Below, piece by piece: positions 13,716-27,598 of a stretch of DNA of 64,000 nucleotides (position 1 is the first letter of the stretch; each line of letters begins with the position of its first letter). Both the position numbers and the translations under genes were made by a program. A model generated the notes under the pieces. The model was given only the letters and a program-made list of their open reading frames with translations. It was not told the DNA's origin and did no database searches. Source of the stretch: Heterodontus francisci (taxonomy: Eukaryota); NCBI RefSeq assembly GCF_036365525.1, contig NC_090382.1:101862595-101926594 (forward strand), in the 5' to 3' direction.

Positions 13716-14095
13716 AAAGATTTGCATTTATATCGCACCTTTCATTACCACTGGATGTCTCAATGCACTTTACAGTCAACAAAGCACAAATGAAGTTTAG
13801 TACTGTAGGAAACGTGGCAGCCAAATTGCGCACAGCAAGCTCCCACAGATGACAATGTGATAATGACCAGATGATCTGTTTCTGTGATGTTGATTGTTTG
13901 ATAAATACTGGCCGGAATACTGTGGATAGCCCACTTGCTCTTCTTCGAAATAGTGCTATGGGATCTTTTACGTCCACCTGAGAGGGCAGACTGGGCCTTG
14001 GTTTGACATCTCATCTGAAAGACAGCGCCTCTGACAGTGCAGCTCTCCCTCAGTATTGGACTGGGGTGTCAGCCTTGATTTTTGTGCTCAAGTTG
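13716..14095 (-). mobile_element. Deu-domain-type SINE (SacSINE1-like); related copies at ~34010-34450, 45020-45160, 47700-48690
   Basis: Shared core gcagccaaWttgcRcacagcaagctcccaca and ctgacagtgcagc...ctcagta. Confidence 0.55.
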
Positions 14096-14569
14096 TAGTG
14101 TGTGTTACACTCACAATACACGAGCCTTCAGTTAGAATGAGAGTTATGAGGTACAGATGTTTCTGTTGGGTTGTTGGGTTTGTATTAGTCATGATGTAGA
14201 GCATTCTAGAGAAAGTCTTAGACTCAGGTAAACGTTCACTGACAATTCTTTATCATTTACAGTTACTATATATATTCACCATAAGCCACATAAGATAACA
14301 TCTTTCGTGCTGCTATACCTTCTTCTTCTCAAGCTTATCTCCTGTGAATTACATCATCACTCGAACAATGGGAAGGATCTCTCTCACTGTCTTTGGTATT
14401 AACCCTTTACATCCTTATACTACAGTGTCCAGGATCAGCTGAGGCAGACAGAGAGGTTTCTCAGAATGAAGAATGGAGACTTCCAATTCCAATGTTTGCA
14501 GCTGGCAATTATTTTTTACTGTGGTTATTTTGGGCATTTTGTCTTGGAATTCTGATTTTATTTTTATTT

Positions 14570-15645
14570 GTTTCATGTGATGTGGGTGTCGCTGGCTAGC
14601 GCAGCATTCATTGCCCATCCCTAATTGCCCTTGAGAAGGTGGTGCTGAGCTGCCTTCTTGAACTGCTGCAGTCCTTGTAGTTACACCAACAGTGCTGTTA
14701 AGAAGGGAGTTCAGGATTTTGACCCAGCGATAGTGAAGAATGGAGATATAGTTCCAAGTCAGGATGGTGTGCGGCTTGGAGGGGATAATGCAGGTGCTGG
14801 TGTTCCCATGCATCTGCTGCCCTTGACCTCTTAGGTGGTAGAGGTCGCGGGTTTGGAAGGTGCTGTCGAAGGAGCTTTGGTGAGTAGCTCCAGTGCACCT
14901 TGCAGATGGTACACACTACTGCCACTGTGCGTTGGTGGTGGAGCTCATGAAGGTTGAAGATGATGGATCTGGTGCCAATCAAGGGAGCTGCTTTGTCCTG
15001 GATGGTGTTGAGCTTCTTGAGTGTTGTTGGAGCTGCAGCCTTCCAGGCAAGTGGAGAGTATTCCATCACACTCCTGACTTGTGCCTTGTAGCTGGTGGAC
15101 AGGCTTTGGGGAGTCAGGAGGTGAGTTACTCACCACAGGATTTCTAGCATCTGACCTGCTCTTGTCGCCAGAGTATTTATGCAGCTGGTCCAGTTCAGCT
15201 TCTGGCCAATGGAACTCCCAGGAAGTTGATAGTGGGGGATTCAGCAGTGATAATCAAGGGGACATGGTTTTCTCTTGTTTGAGACAGTCATCGCTTCGCT
15301 TGGCACTTGTGTGGTGCAAATGTTACTTGCCATTTATTAGCCCAAGCGTGGAGGTTGTCCAGGTATTGCTGCATATGGACATGGGCTGTTTCAGCATCTG
15401 AGGACTTGTGAATGGTGCTGAACATTGTGCAATCATAAGTGAACATCCCTACTCCTGACCTTATGATGAAGGGAAGGTGATTTATGAAGCAGTTGAAGAT
15501 GGTTGGACCTCGGACACTGCCCTGAGGAATTCCTGCAATGATGTCCTGCAATGGAGATGATTGACGTCCAAAAACCACAACCATCTTCCTTTGTGCTAGG
15601 TATGATTCCAACCAGCAGCATGTTTTCCCTCGGATTCCCATTTCC
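14570..15645 (-). mobile_element. CR1 LINE 3' fragment
   Basis: GIPQGSVRGPTIFNCFIN, MFTYDCT (degenerate FADD), WANKWQVTFAPHKCQ, MEYSPLAW. Confidence 0.8.
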
Positions 15646-15925
15646 TCCATTTTTATGGTCAGAAAAGAATGGAACTGGTTCCATTTTTCTGTCAAACATA
15701 AATGCTTGCTCTGTCTCAGTGAGTTTACCAACAGTCCAGTTGAGAAATACAGACCAGGAATTTCATAGCTCGCTCCAGGCTGCGCTGAATTATCTCAGGG
15801 TCAATTTTCTGAGGCTCTTTCCCACTGTAGAACCTCACACACAGGATATAAAGGAAGGCCTTAACTCCGGCAACAGGAATAATCAATGGTGACAGAACAT
15901 AAAGAGCAAACCCTGAGGCACTTAC

Positions 15926-16195
15926 CACTCGGCTCCTGATAATATGGGACTAAAACCTGGGGCCTGTTTTGATATAACAAAGCACATATCCAGTTCTCTT
16001 TGCCTCTGTCAGCTTTCTGAATAATCAGTCTCAATGATTTCTCTTCCCCATTCCATCCATTCAATGGTTTTTCTTCAACAGTTTTGCCATCACTGTTAAT
16101 CCAAACAAGTCTCATTGATTCAGTGACATCAGAGACAGAGCAGGTCAGGGTAACAGTGTCTCCCTCAGTCACTGCATCAGGTGGTTCAGCTGTGA
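15926..16195 (-). CDS. Ig domain 4 exon (C2 with WxC motif)
   Basis: ccacAG|TC ACA GCT ... AGT G|gtaag; EGDTVTLTCSV...LVW...ENWICAL; 78-bp intron to the preceding exon. Confidence 0.88.
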
Positions 16196-16273
16196 CTGTG
16201 GAAACAAGAAAATCATTTAGATTTTAAACAATAACATGATCATTGAAAACCATGGAAACATTCTGTCTCCTAC

Positions 16274-16618
16274 CTTTAACTGTGATTAGTTTAATGGTCA
16301 CATATTTATTTGATCCCAGAGAACATGTGTAAATTCCTGAATCTTCAAACAATACAGGGACAATCCTCACATTGAAGTTCTTGCCATTAAAATTTGCCAT
16401 TGTGAGAACCAGTCGACTCCTGAAGTAAGTCCTGTTTATATTGATGAGCTGAGATTTCCCTGCATTTGCTATTTGATTCTCCTGATTTTGACGATGATGT
16501 GACCTCCAGCTCCATGCAGCAGAGTTGATAGAGTAAACAGAATAAAAATAACAAATCAGGTTGAGTTCACTGTGATCTGTGCCTGACCGATAAATTGTGT
16601 AACTCTTCCCATATAAAT
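16274..16618 (-). CDS. Ig domain 3 exon (canonical V-set)
   Basis: Manual translation (absent from ORF track): LYGKSYTIYRSGTDHSELNLICYFYSVYSINSAAWSWRSHHRQNQENQIANAGKSQLININRTYFRSRLVLTMANFNGKNFNVRIVPVLFEDSGIYTCSLGSNKYVTIKLITVK; C...W...DSGIYTC; ccacAG acceptor, G|gtagg donor; 115 codons. Confidence 0.88.
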
Positions 16619-17705
16619 CTGTGGCAGAAAGACAGAGAACAATGTGTTAGAATTTTAAAATGACTGATATAAAGAAAGAGGGCAAAATAATGAATGGCCT
16701 TAACTAGATGAAATTATTTTGTGTTTTAATCATCAAACCTTGCTTCATCAAGTTTTTGTCAAAGCTATGAGTTGTTTAAACATTGAAAACCTCATTGAAT
16801 TCAATACCCAAAAGCAACATAATTTTGTGAAAATAAAATCTTTTTGAGTTTTAATATGATGTTGTCTGTGAGCCAGGAATAATACTATGACATCACATAT
16901 CCTATATTGTTCGGCTCGGCCAGTAACACGGAGTCCTGCTAATGGCGACTGCAGTTTTGTCCAAATACGGTTTCCTTCAGTCAGTGCAAGTGCAATCTAC
17001 ATTTATGTGGAATAATTATTCAAAAATGGTCCCATGCTGACAAAATTCTGCCACCAGTTCTCATCTCACCCATGTAAAATGGGTACATCCCTGCTCCATG
17101 GGCCTGACCCACTTTAACACAATCCATAAAACATGGTCGCTGCTGTTGGAGTTGGGGAAACTTGTAGGTTCTTTCCACACTGAACCCTGACTCCTCTTAC
17201 ATTTAATATTTTGCACAGACTTTATACCTGTGCACATTTTGCACATTATTTATTTATTTCTTTTTCTCTATTTCTACTACAGCTTTCAAATCTCCTCAGC
17301 CAGACTAACCCAGAGTTGGTTTAATTGTTGCTGAAATACAACTTCACAGCTGACAAAATTGGAAGGTTGGAAATCCTTTACTTATCGTCCAGGGAACAAT
17401 CATGATGCTTTCTGACAGAAACATGGGGTAATTTGTCTTTGTGCGATAGTGTAAATGGGTAATAATAAATTGGCAGCACGTTTCACATCTCACAAAGGTG
17501 ACTCATTATTGCACATGGTTACAATTACCTGTCCACATTCTGTCCCACACTATATCCTCCGCCCCCATCCTTACTGACATACACAGACTCCCCGTCCCTC
17601 AAAATATCAAATTTAAAATCCTCATCATTGTTGACAAATCACTTCACAGCCTCACGCCAATTTACCCCTGCAACTTCCTGCAGGATAATCTTTTAGATTT
17701 TTTTT

Positions 17706-17901
17706 TAGATTAGAGATACAGCACTGAAACAGGCCCTTCGGCCCACCGAGTCTGTGCCGAACATCAACCACCCATTTATACTAATCCTACACTAATCCCA
17801 TATTCCTACCAAACATCCCCACCTGTCCCTATATTTCCCTACCACCTACCTATACTAGTGACAATTTATAATGGCCAATTTACCTATCAACCTGCAAGTC
17901 T
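17706..17901 (-). mobile_element. 5'-truncated HE1/V-SINE-type SINE inserted in an L2 fragment (~17520-18010, +)
   Basis: Near-identical to 3' half of the SINE at 35184-35533. Confidence 0.75.
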
Positions 17902-18416
17902 TCTTTCACATTCCCTGTTGTCTTCTCACTGTGTCCTCTCTCTATTCCAACATTGGTGGCAATACCTTCTGTTTCCTCAGCCCTAACCTCTGCAACTCCC
18001 TCCTTGAACCTCTCACTTTTAGCTTTTCCCCTCTTCCTCCTTCAAAGCCCCACTCCCAGCCTCTGTCATTTCTCTATCCCACCATCTCTACTCTACATTG
18101 CCATCATTTGTATCCTTCCCTCTCCCATCCATGACCATTGATTCCCTATCCTTCCCTCTTCCCTTAGTCCTGCTCCCAGCTCAATGCTAATTTGAAGGCT
18201 AAGAGTGTGCAGCAGCTGGAATCACTTCAAATAACAGCAGAACTCATTAGATGTGACATTGAGAGGAGAATGGCCAGTTATTTGTTCAATGTTGATATGT
18301 GCATCATGTTGACTGAATGCATAAAGTTGTGATGATTGACATGTATGACCCACTCTATATTTAACAGTTTTATATTAGTAACTTTTTAATATCCACTGTG
18401 AGAAAACTGCACTTAC

Positions 18417-18686
18417 ATTCGGTCACAGAAAAATCTCCTTCTCCTGTGAGAATAATGGATCCATTTTCCTGCACTTCACAAACATACGACTTCTCATCCT
18501 TAACTGCAACATGTTTGATTATCTGATAGACTGTGTTATTTAGTTGGATCTGATCAGTTTTCCTCCTGTTCTGCTCAGATGAGTCTCTCTGTTTCCAATG
18601 AAGACTGACCTTATCTGAGAGTTTGGAGATGGTACAGCTGAGAGTAACATCACTGCCCACCTCAGGCTGCTGTAAACTTGACTCAA
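18417..18686 (-). CDS. Ig domain 2 exon (C2-like)
   Basis: ccacAG|TT GAG ... GAA T|gtaag; GSDVTLSCTIS...SLHW...YVCEV with both Cys; 90 codons. Confidence 0.88.
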
Positions 18687-18799
18687 CTGTGGAAAACAGA
18701 TCAATGTGATTTAGTGTCAGTAGTGATGTGTACAATCCAATGATCATCATCAGCACCTGTCACTTGCTGCATTAATGATTAGACCGAATTACATCAAAC

Positions 18800-21700
18800 C
18801 ACAGAACCACAGAAACATTACGGCACAGAAGGAGGCCATTCAGTACATCATGTCCGTGCCGGCTTAAAAAACTAGCTGTCCTATCTAGTCCCACTTTCCA
18901 GCACCTGGTCTATAGCCTTGCTGATTACAGCTCTTCAGGTGCATGTCCAGGTACCTTTTCAAAGAATTAAGGGTTTTTGTCCCCACCACCATTCCTGGCA
19001 GTGAATTCTAGACACCCACCACCCTCTGATTGAAAAAGGTTTTCCTCATGTTCCCTCTAATCCTTCTACCAATCACTTTAAATCTGTGCCCCCTGGTAAT
19101 TGCCCTCTCCGTTAGGGGAAACAGCTCCTTCCTGTCTACTCTATCTAGGCCCCTCATAATTTTGTACACCTCGATTAAGTCATCCTCAGCCACCTCTGTT
19201 CTAAGGAAAACAACACTAACCTATCCAATCTTTCCTCACAGCTGCAAATTTCGAGCCCTGGCAACATTCTTGTAAATCTCCTCTGTACTCGCTCCAGAGC
19301 AATTATGTCTTTTCTGTAATGCGGTGACCAGAACTGTACGCAATACACCAACTGTGGCCTAACCAGGGTTTTATACAGTTCCAGCAATACATCATTGTTT
19401 TTGAATTCTATACCTCGGCCAATAAAGGAAAACATTCCATGTGCCTTCTTCACCACTCAATCTACCTATCCTCTCACCTTTAGGGACCTGTGGACATGCA
19501 CTCCAAGGTCTCTCACTTCTTCTACCCCTCTCAATATCCTCCTGTTTATTGTATATTCCCTCACTTTATTTGCCCTTCCCAAATGCATTACTTCAAAATT
19601 ATCTGGATTGAATTCCATTTGCCACTTTTACACCCACTCAACCAAACCATTGATATTTTTCTGCAGTGTACGGCTATCCTCTTCACTATCAAGTACATGG
19701 CCATTTTTGTGTCATCAGCAAATTTCACAAACATTCCTCCCACTTTTAAGTTCAAATCATTAATATATACCACAAACAGCAAGGGACCCAACACTACGCC
19801 CTGTGGAATGCTACTGGGAACATCCGTTGACTACTACCCTTTGGTTTCTGTCCCTGAGGCAATTCTGGATCTCACCTGCCACATTTCCCTGAATCCCATG
19901 GGCTTTCATTTTACTGACCAGTCTGCCATGCAGGACCTTGTCAAATGCCTTACTAAAATCCACGTAGACCCCATCTGCTGCACTTCCCTCATCAATCCTT
20001 CTTGTTACTTCCTCAAAAAATTCAATTAAGTTAGTAAGACATGACCTTCCCTGAACAAATCCATGCTGACTATCCCTGATTAATCTATGCCTTTCGAAGT
20101 GGCAGCTTATCCTGTCCCTCAGAATAGATTCTAACAATTTACCCACCACCAATGTGAGAATGAAAGCCCTATAATTATTTAGCCTATCCCTCGCATCCTT
20201 TTTAAACAATGGTACAAGGTTCGCAGAACTCCAATCGTCTGGTACCTCCCCTGTATTCAGTGAGGATTTGAAGATGATCCTCAGCGCATCCGTTATTTCC
20301 TTCCTGGTTTCTTTTAACAACCTGGGATGCAATCCATCGAGCCCTGGTGACTTATCCACTTTCAAGGAACCTGTCATAGCCGCTAAGCGCATTGCACTTT
20401 TGAACTACAAGAAAGCCCCCAGCGATTTAACATCCGCAGCACTTAAAGCAGCCAGAAGTACTGCACAAAGAACAGCTAGGCGTTGCGCAAACGACTACTG
20501 GCAACACCTATGCAGTCATATTCAGCTGGCCTCAGACACCGGAAACATCAGAGGAATGTATGATGGCATGAAGAGAGCTCTTGGGCCAACCATCAAGAAG
20601 ATCACCCCCCTCAAATCTAAATCGGGGGACATAATCACTGACCAACGCAAACAGATGGACCGCTGGGTTGAGCACTACCTAGAACTGTACTCCAGGGAGA
20701 ATGCTGTCACTGAGACTGCCCTCAATGCAGCCCAGCCTCTACCAGTCATGGATGAGCTGGACATACAGCCAACCAAATCGGAACTCAGTGATGCCATTGA
20801 TTCCCTAGCCAGCGGAAAAGCCCCTGGGAAGGACAGCATTACCCCTGAAATAATCAAGAGTGCCAAGCCTGCTATACTCTCAGCACTACATGAACTGCTA
20901 TGCCTGTGCTGGGACGAGGGAGCAGTACCCCAGGACATGCGCGATGCCAACATCATCACCCTCTATAAAAACAAAGGTGACCGCGGTGACTGCAACAACT
21001 ACCGTGGAATCTCCCTGCTCAGCATAGTGGGGAAAGTCTTTGCTCGATTCGCTCTGAACAGGCTCCAGAAGCTGGCCGAGCGCGTCTACCCTGAGGCACA
21101 GTGTGGCTTTCGTGCAGAGAGATCGACTATTGACATGCTGTTCTCCCTTCGTCAGATACAGGAGAAATGCCGTGAACAACAGATGCCCCTCTACATTGCT
21201 TTCATTGATCTCACCAAAGCCTTTGACCTCGTCAGCAGACGTGGTCTCTTCAGACTACTAGAAAAGATCGGATGTCCACCAAAGCTACTAAGTATCATCA
21301 CCTCATTCCATGACAATATGAAAGGCACAATTCAACATGGTGGCTCCTCATCAGAGCCCTTTCCTATCCTGAGTGGTGTGAAACAGGGCTGTGTTCTCGC
21401 ACCCACACTTTTTGGGATTTTCTTCTCCCTGCTGCTTTCACATGCGTTCAAATCCTCTGAAGAAGGAATTTTCCTCCACACAAGATCAGGGGGCAGGTTG
21501 TTCAACCTTGCCCGTCTAAGAGCGAAGTCCAAAGTACGGAAAGTCCTCATCAGAGAACTCCTCTTTGCTGACGATGCTGCTTTAACATCTCACACTGAAG
21601 AATGCCTGCAGAGTCTCATCGACAGGTTTGCGTCTGCCTGCAATGAATTTGGCCTAACCATCAGCCTCAAGAAAACGAACATCATGGGGCAGGATGTCAG

Positions 21701-23880
21701 AAATGCTCCATCCATCAATATTGGCGACCACGCTCTGGAAGTGGTTCAAGAGTTCACCTACCTAGGCTCAACTATCACCAGTAACCTGTCTCTAGATGCA
21801 GAAATCAACAAGCGCATGGGTAAGGCTTCCACTGCTATGTCCAGACTGGCCAAGAGAGTGTGGGAAAATGGCGCACTGACACGGAACACAAAAGTCCGAG
21901 TGTATCAGGCCTGTGTCCTCAGTACCTTGCTCTACGGCAGCGAGGCCTGGACAACGTATGCCAGCCAAGAGCGTCGTCTCAATTCATTCCATCTTTGCTG
22001 CCTTCGGAGAATACTTGGCATCAGGTGGCAGGACTATATCTCCAACACAGAAGTCCTTGAAGCGGCCAACACCCCCAGCTTATACACACTACTGAGTCAG
22101 CGGCGCTTGAGATGGCTTGGCCATGTGAGCCGCATGGAAGATGGCAGGATCCCCAAAGACACATTGTACAGCGAGCTCGCCACTGGTATCAGACCCACCG
22201 GCCGTCCATGTCTCCGTTATAAAGACGTCTGCAAACGTGACATGAAATCGTGTGACATTGATCACAAGTCGTGGGAGTCAGTTGCCAGCATTCGCCAGAG
22301 CTGGCGGGCAGCCATAAAGACAGGGCTAAATTGTGGCGAGTCGAAGAGACTTAGTAGTTGGCAGGAAAAAAGACAGAGGCGCAAGGGGAGAGCCAACTGT
22401 GCAACAGCCCCAACAAACAAATTTCTCTGCAGCACATGTGGAAGAGCCTGTCACTCCAGAATTGGCCTTTATAGCCACTCCAGGCGCTGCTTCACAAACC
22501 ACTGACCACCTCCAGGCGCGTATCCATTGTCTCTCGAGATAAGGAGGCCCAAAAGAAAGAAAGACTCTTTAGCACATCCTCTCTCATTATGCTTATCGTA
22601 TCTAATATTTCACACTCCTCCTCTTTAACTACAATGTCTACATCAACCCTCTCCTTTGTGAAAACAGACATAAAACTCATTTCGAACCCCGCACACATCT
22701 TGTGCATTCATGCATACGTTCCCTTGTACATCTCTGATCGGCCCTACTCTTTCCTTATTTATCCTGTTGCTCTTAATGTACTGATAAAACATCTTTGGAT
22801 TTTCCTTGATTTTATCTGCCAATAATTTTTCATGTCCTCTCTTCGCTTTTCTAATTTCATTTTCTACTTCACCCCTGCACTTTCTATACTCCTTTAGGCT
22901 TTCAAAAGTCTTAAAATGTTTGTGATTGTCATAATCTTTCTTTTTCTGCTTTAGCTTACCCTGTAAGTTTCTAGATAACCAGGGGTCTCTAGATTTGGCA
23001 GTACCACCCTTTATCTTTGTGGGAACATGCCTACACTGTGCCTGTAGAATCTTGCTTTTGAATGCCTCCCACTGGTTTGCCACTGATTTTCATTCAAGTA
23101 GCTGTATCCAGTCCACATTCGCCAGGTCACCTCTCAGCTTCTTAAATTTACCTTCCCCCAATTTAGAACTCTAAGTCCTATTATATCTTTGTCTGTTTCC
23201 ATGATTATGCTAAACTAACTGCATTATGGTCACTATCTCCAAAATGGTCACCCACTGTTACTTCCTCCACTTGCCCAGCTTCATTACTGAAGACTAAATC
23301 TAGTATTGAGCCCCCTCTCATTGGGCTTGTTACATGCTGGCTAAAAAAAGTTCTCTTGAATGCAGTTCAATAATTTTGTCCCCTCTCTGCCCATCACACT
23401 GTTTGTATCCCAGTTGATATTTTGGGGTAGTTGAAATTCCCAACCGTTATTGCCCTATAGTTTTGCACTCATATGTTTGCCTACATATTTGTTCTTCTAT
23501 CTCCCTCTCACTATTTGGGGGTCTATAGTACACTCCTAGTCATGTGGCTGCCCCTTTTTTATTTCTCAGCTCCATCCATATGGCTTCATTTGATGATTCA
23601 TTTAACATATCATCCCTCCACAAAGCTGTTATTGTTTTCTTAACTAAAAATGTTACACCTCCTCCTTTTTTATCTCCCTCTCTATTCCGCCTGAAAACTC
23701 TATATCCAGGGATGCTGAGTTCCCATTCTTGCCCCTCCTTAAGCCAAGTTTCCGCTATAGCAACGATATCATATTGCCATGTGTCTATCTGTGCCCTCAG
23801 CTCATCAGCTTTATTGGCTATACTCATTGCATTTAAATAAATACAGTTTAACACTGCCACATTCCTGTGCTGCACACTTT
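18800..23880 (-). mobile_element. Near full-length CR1 LINE ORF2 (endonuclease + RT), degenerate, interrupted by an RTE insertion
   Basis: CIYLNAMSIANK...AETWL (APE), KSPGLDGLHPR, VDFSKAFDKV, KFADDTK, LVRPQLVYCVQFWSP. Confidence 0.85.
20366..22562 (+). mobile_element. 5'-truncated RTE-clade LINE with intact RT and C-terminal zinc-finger frame
   Basis: Open frame to 22505: NYRGISLL, FIDLTKAFD, GVKQGCVLAP, LFADDAA, CSTCGRACHSRIGLYSH; short (AAAG)n tail; highly similar to 52893-55083. Confidence 0.92.
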
Positions 23881-24274
23881 TTAATCTTTTATCAATAGAA
23901 TAACACAGTGGGGACGAAAATTCTTGGTTCTCCTCCACCTCCTGGAGTGTCCAGGGTCAGGTCAAGCTTACATAGTTTGGATGGTATTTGTGGATGTCTG
24001 TACCATAATGGACAGGGGGTGGAAACTCACCAGAATCGGGTGTGATGTAAATGTGGTCCCCATGTTATCTGACATGGGGAAGGTTCCAGTCCTACCCTGT
24101 ACTCAATTGGCCTAGAACATTTCAGTAGGACCACACACCATATGCACTGGGAACCTGGACAGAAAATCCACAGCAAAGGTCATCACAACCCAAGAATTTA
24201 TTTAAGTTAGTGGGTTTATAAAATGTACCTGAGAAAGGCTCCAACCATTGAGCCTCCATGAAGAATGGTACTTC

Positions 24275-27085
24275 ATAGAGTCATAGAGTCACTTAAGGCT
24301 TAAAAGGAAGCCAGTTGGCCCATCAAATCCATGCTGGCTCTCCACAGAGCAATCCAATCAGTCCCACTCTTCTGCTCGATCCCTGTAACCCCGCATGTTT
24401 GTTTCCTTCAAATGCCCATCCTGTTTCCTTTTGAAATCATTGATTCCGCCAACCTCATGGGCAGTGGGTTCCAGGTCATTGCCACTCGCTGTATAAAAAA
24501 ATTCTTCCTCATATTCCCCTTGCATCTCTTACCCAAAACCTTCAAGCTGTGTCCCCTAGAGCCTGTCATAATCTTGTACAACTCTATCAAATCTCCCCTC
24601 TATCTCCTTTTCTCCAAGGAGAACAACCCCAGCTTTTCTAACCTAACCTCGAAGCTAAAATTCCTCCATCCCTGGATCCATCCTGGTAAATCTCCTTTGC
24701 ACCCTCCCAAGGACTCTCACATCTTTCCTTACGTGTGCTGAAACAACTGGATGCAATACTCCAGTTGCGGCCTTACCAGAGCTTTACAAAGGTTCAGCAT
24801 AAACTCCCTGCTTCTGTACTCTAGGCCCCTATTTATGAAGCCCAGGATCCATACGCTTTGCTAACCACTCTCTCAATATGTCCTGCCGCCTTCAAAGATC
24901 GACATTCATGTACCCCCAAGTTCCTCTTTTACTGCACACTCTTTTGAACTGCATCATTATGTCTGTATTGCCTCACCCTATCCCTTTTGCCAAAATGCAT
25001 CACTCCACACTTGTCAGTATTAAATTCCACCTGCCACTTGTCTACCCATTCTGCTAGCGTATCTAGGTCCTGCTGCAGCCGATTCGTATCATCCTCACTG
25101 TTTGCCACTCTTCCAAGTTTGATATCATTGGGAAATTTTGAAATTCTACTCTGTATTCCAAAATCCAAGTCATTTATATATAGCAAAAAAAACAGTGGTA
25201 CTCACATTGACCCTTGGGGAACACCACTGTACACATCTTTCCCTGCATTACCTTCATCAACCTTCTTTGTTACTTCATCAAAGCATTCAATTCGATTCGT
25301 CAAGCATGATCTGTGTTTTACAAATCCAAGCTAGCTATCCTTAATTAACTCAAACCTCTCCAAGTGCCTGTTGATTTTTTTCCTGATTATTGTTTCTAAA
25401 AACTTACCCACTATGGATGTTAAAATAACTGGCCAGTAGCTACTAGGAATGTCCTTACACTTGCTTGAATAAGGGTTTCATATTTGCCACTCTCCAATCC
25501 TCAGGCACCTCCCCCATAGCCAGGGAAGATTGGAAGATTATGACAAGCCCTTTCATTATCTCCACCCCCATTTCCTTTTGCAAACCGGGGTGCAAGACAT
25601 CCGGACCAGGTGATGTATCGATCCTAAGCAAAGCCAGCCATTCCAGTGCCTCCTCCCTCTCAATGTTTATGCTATCCATTACCTCTACTCGCTTTGTCTC
25701 TGTTAATCTCTTAATTGTGTATCAATTGTTTAATTATAAAAGGTGGAGGGTGTTTATTGGGATCTTACTTGAGCACTGATAAGCAGACACTTACTGAGAC
25801 TGGTGGAGGGTTTTTGAGTGATGAACCACATGTTTGTAATCCTTTTACTCTGTACAATAAATGTGAAACTGAGTAAAGATAGGCTCCGGCATCATCCTTC
25901 CACAACATGTTTTCTGGAATTTAACAGCCTCTACTGATATTTCGTCAGATTCCTCTTCCTTAGTAAACACTGATACAAAGTACTCATTACGTATTCTAGC
26001 CTTGCCTTATGCCGCTAAACATATTTTACCCTCTTTGTTCCAAATAGGCCCCACTCCACCTCTTATTACTGTTTACTGTTGACATGCTGGTGGAAGATTT
26101 TTGGGTTCTCTTTTATGTTGACTGCCATTCTATTCTTATTCTAGTCTTATTTTCCTCTTCACCTACCCTCTCATCTTATTGTAATTGGCCTGTTTCTCAA
26201 GAACACAAGAAATAGGAGCAAAAGTAGAAAATATGGTCCATCGAGCCTGCTCCGCCAAACAATATGATCATGACTGATCTTGGGCTTCAATTCCATTTTC
26301 CTGCCCGCTCCCCATATCCCTTGATTCCCCATGAGATCAAAAATCTACCTATCCCAGTCTTAAATGCATTCAAGATGGAGCATCCACAACCCTCTGGGGT
26401 AGAGAATTCCAAAGATTCACAACTCTTAGAGTGGAGTAATTTCTCCTCATCTCAGTCCTAAGTGATTGGCCCCTTATCCTCAAACTGTGTCCCCGTGTTC
26501 TATTTTCCCTGACATCGGAATCAATCTCTCAGCTTCTCCCCTATCAAGCCCTTTCAGAATCTTGTATGTCTCAATTGGATCGCCTCTCATTCTTCTAAAC
26601 TTCAGAGAATATAGGCCCAATTTACTCAGCCTTCATTATAGGACAACCCCCTCATCTGAAGGACCAATTTAGCAAATCTTCGCTGCTCTGCCTCCAGTGC
26701 AAATATATCCTTTCTTAAATGTGGAGACCCAAACAGCACACAGTATTCCAGCTGTGGTCTCACCAAAGCCCTGTACAATTTTAGGAAGACTTCTTTATTC
26801 CTGTACTCCAATTCCCTTGCAATAAAGCTCACTTGACGAATTCACTGACGTACATCATACACATTCTTTTTTGTTTCATCATAGTCTTTATCTCCCTTGT
26901 CATCCAAGGAGACCTGTTTTTGGTTCCCCTACCTTTCACCCTTATTGGAATGTACCTAGCATGTATCTGAAGTGTCTCTTCCTTAAAGATAATCCATTGT
27001 TCCATTACAGTTTTTCCTGTCAGTCTTTTGTTCCATTTTATCCTGGCTCGATCCCTTCTCAATGCATTGAAATTAGCCCTCTTCA
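24275..27085 (-). mobile_element. Stack of CR1 LINE fragments
   Basis: KNFFIQRVAMTWN, YINDL...[25 protein letters not shown]; catagagt and aagaa tails. Confidence 0.75.
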
Positions 27086-27598
27086 AAGAAGAGGCTTGTT
27101 CTAAAAATTCCCACCCTGACTTGCAGTCCCACCTGACAACATGACAAGTAATAATCAAATCTTGAACAGGTACTTTATTTCCAATGCCAGGCTAAATAAA
27201 CGATAGCATCCATTAGTTGCAGGAAAACAACAATCTGGTACATGACTCATGTGACATTCCCTATGGACCATCCTTTGTACCATGAGCACCACTAAAAATG
27301 TAAATGAGTTGACTTTCTATTCTGGTCAATTTATTTTGGTTCAGTTTGGGCCAAACACCTGAAGACAAATGGCCCAGAGCTGCTACAGTCAGGATCAAAT
27401 TCTGGCCATTATGACATTTCAGGATTGGATGCTATTTTGTTTCAAGTTCCTTTGACAGTAACCTTATTCTCATTTAGATTGTTACACACATCGACCAACC
27501 GAGTTGTACAGCTGTTAACAACATCCTTAGTTGGTAAAATCTTTTACATTTGATTTCCTTACAGTAAAGATTTTAAATATTATTGATCTGACACTATC

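Noticed and set aside
14393-14599. Hydrophobic + strand ORF as a possible TM exon between domains 4 and 5
   Set aside because: Wrong strand; T-rich sequence running into a CR1 tail
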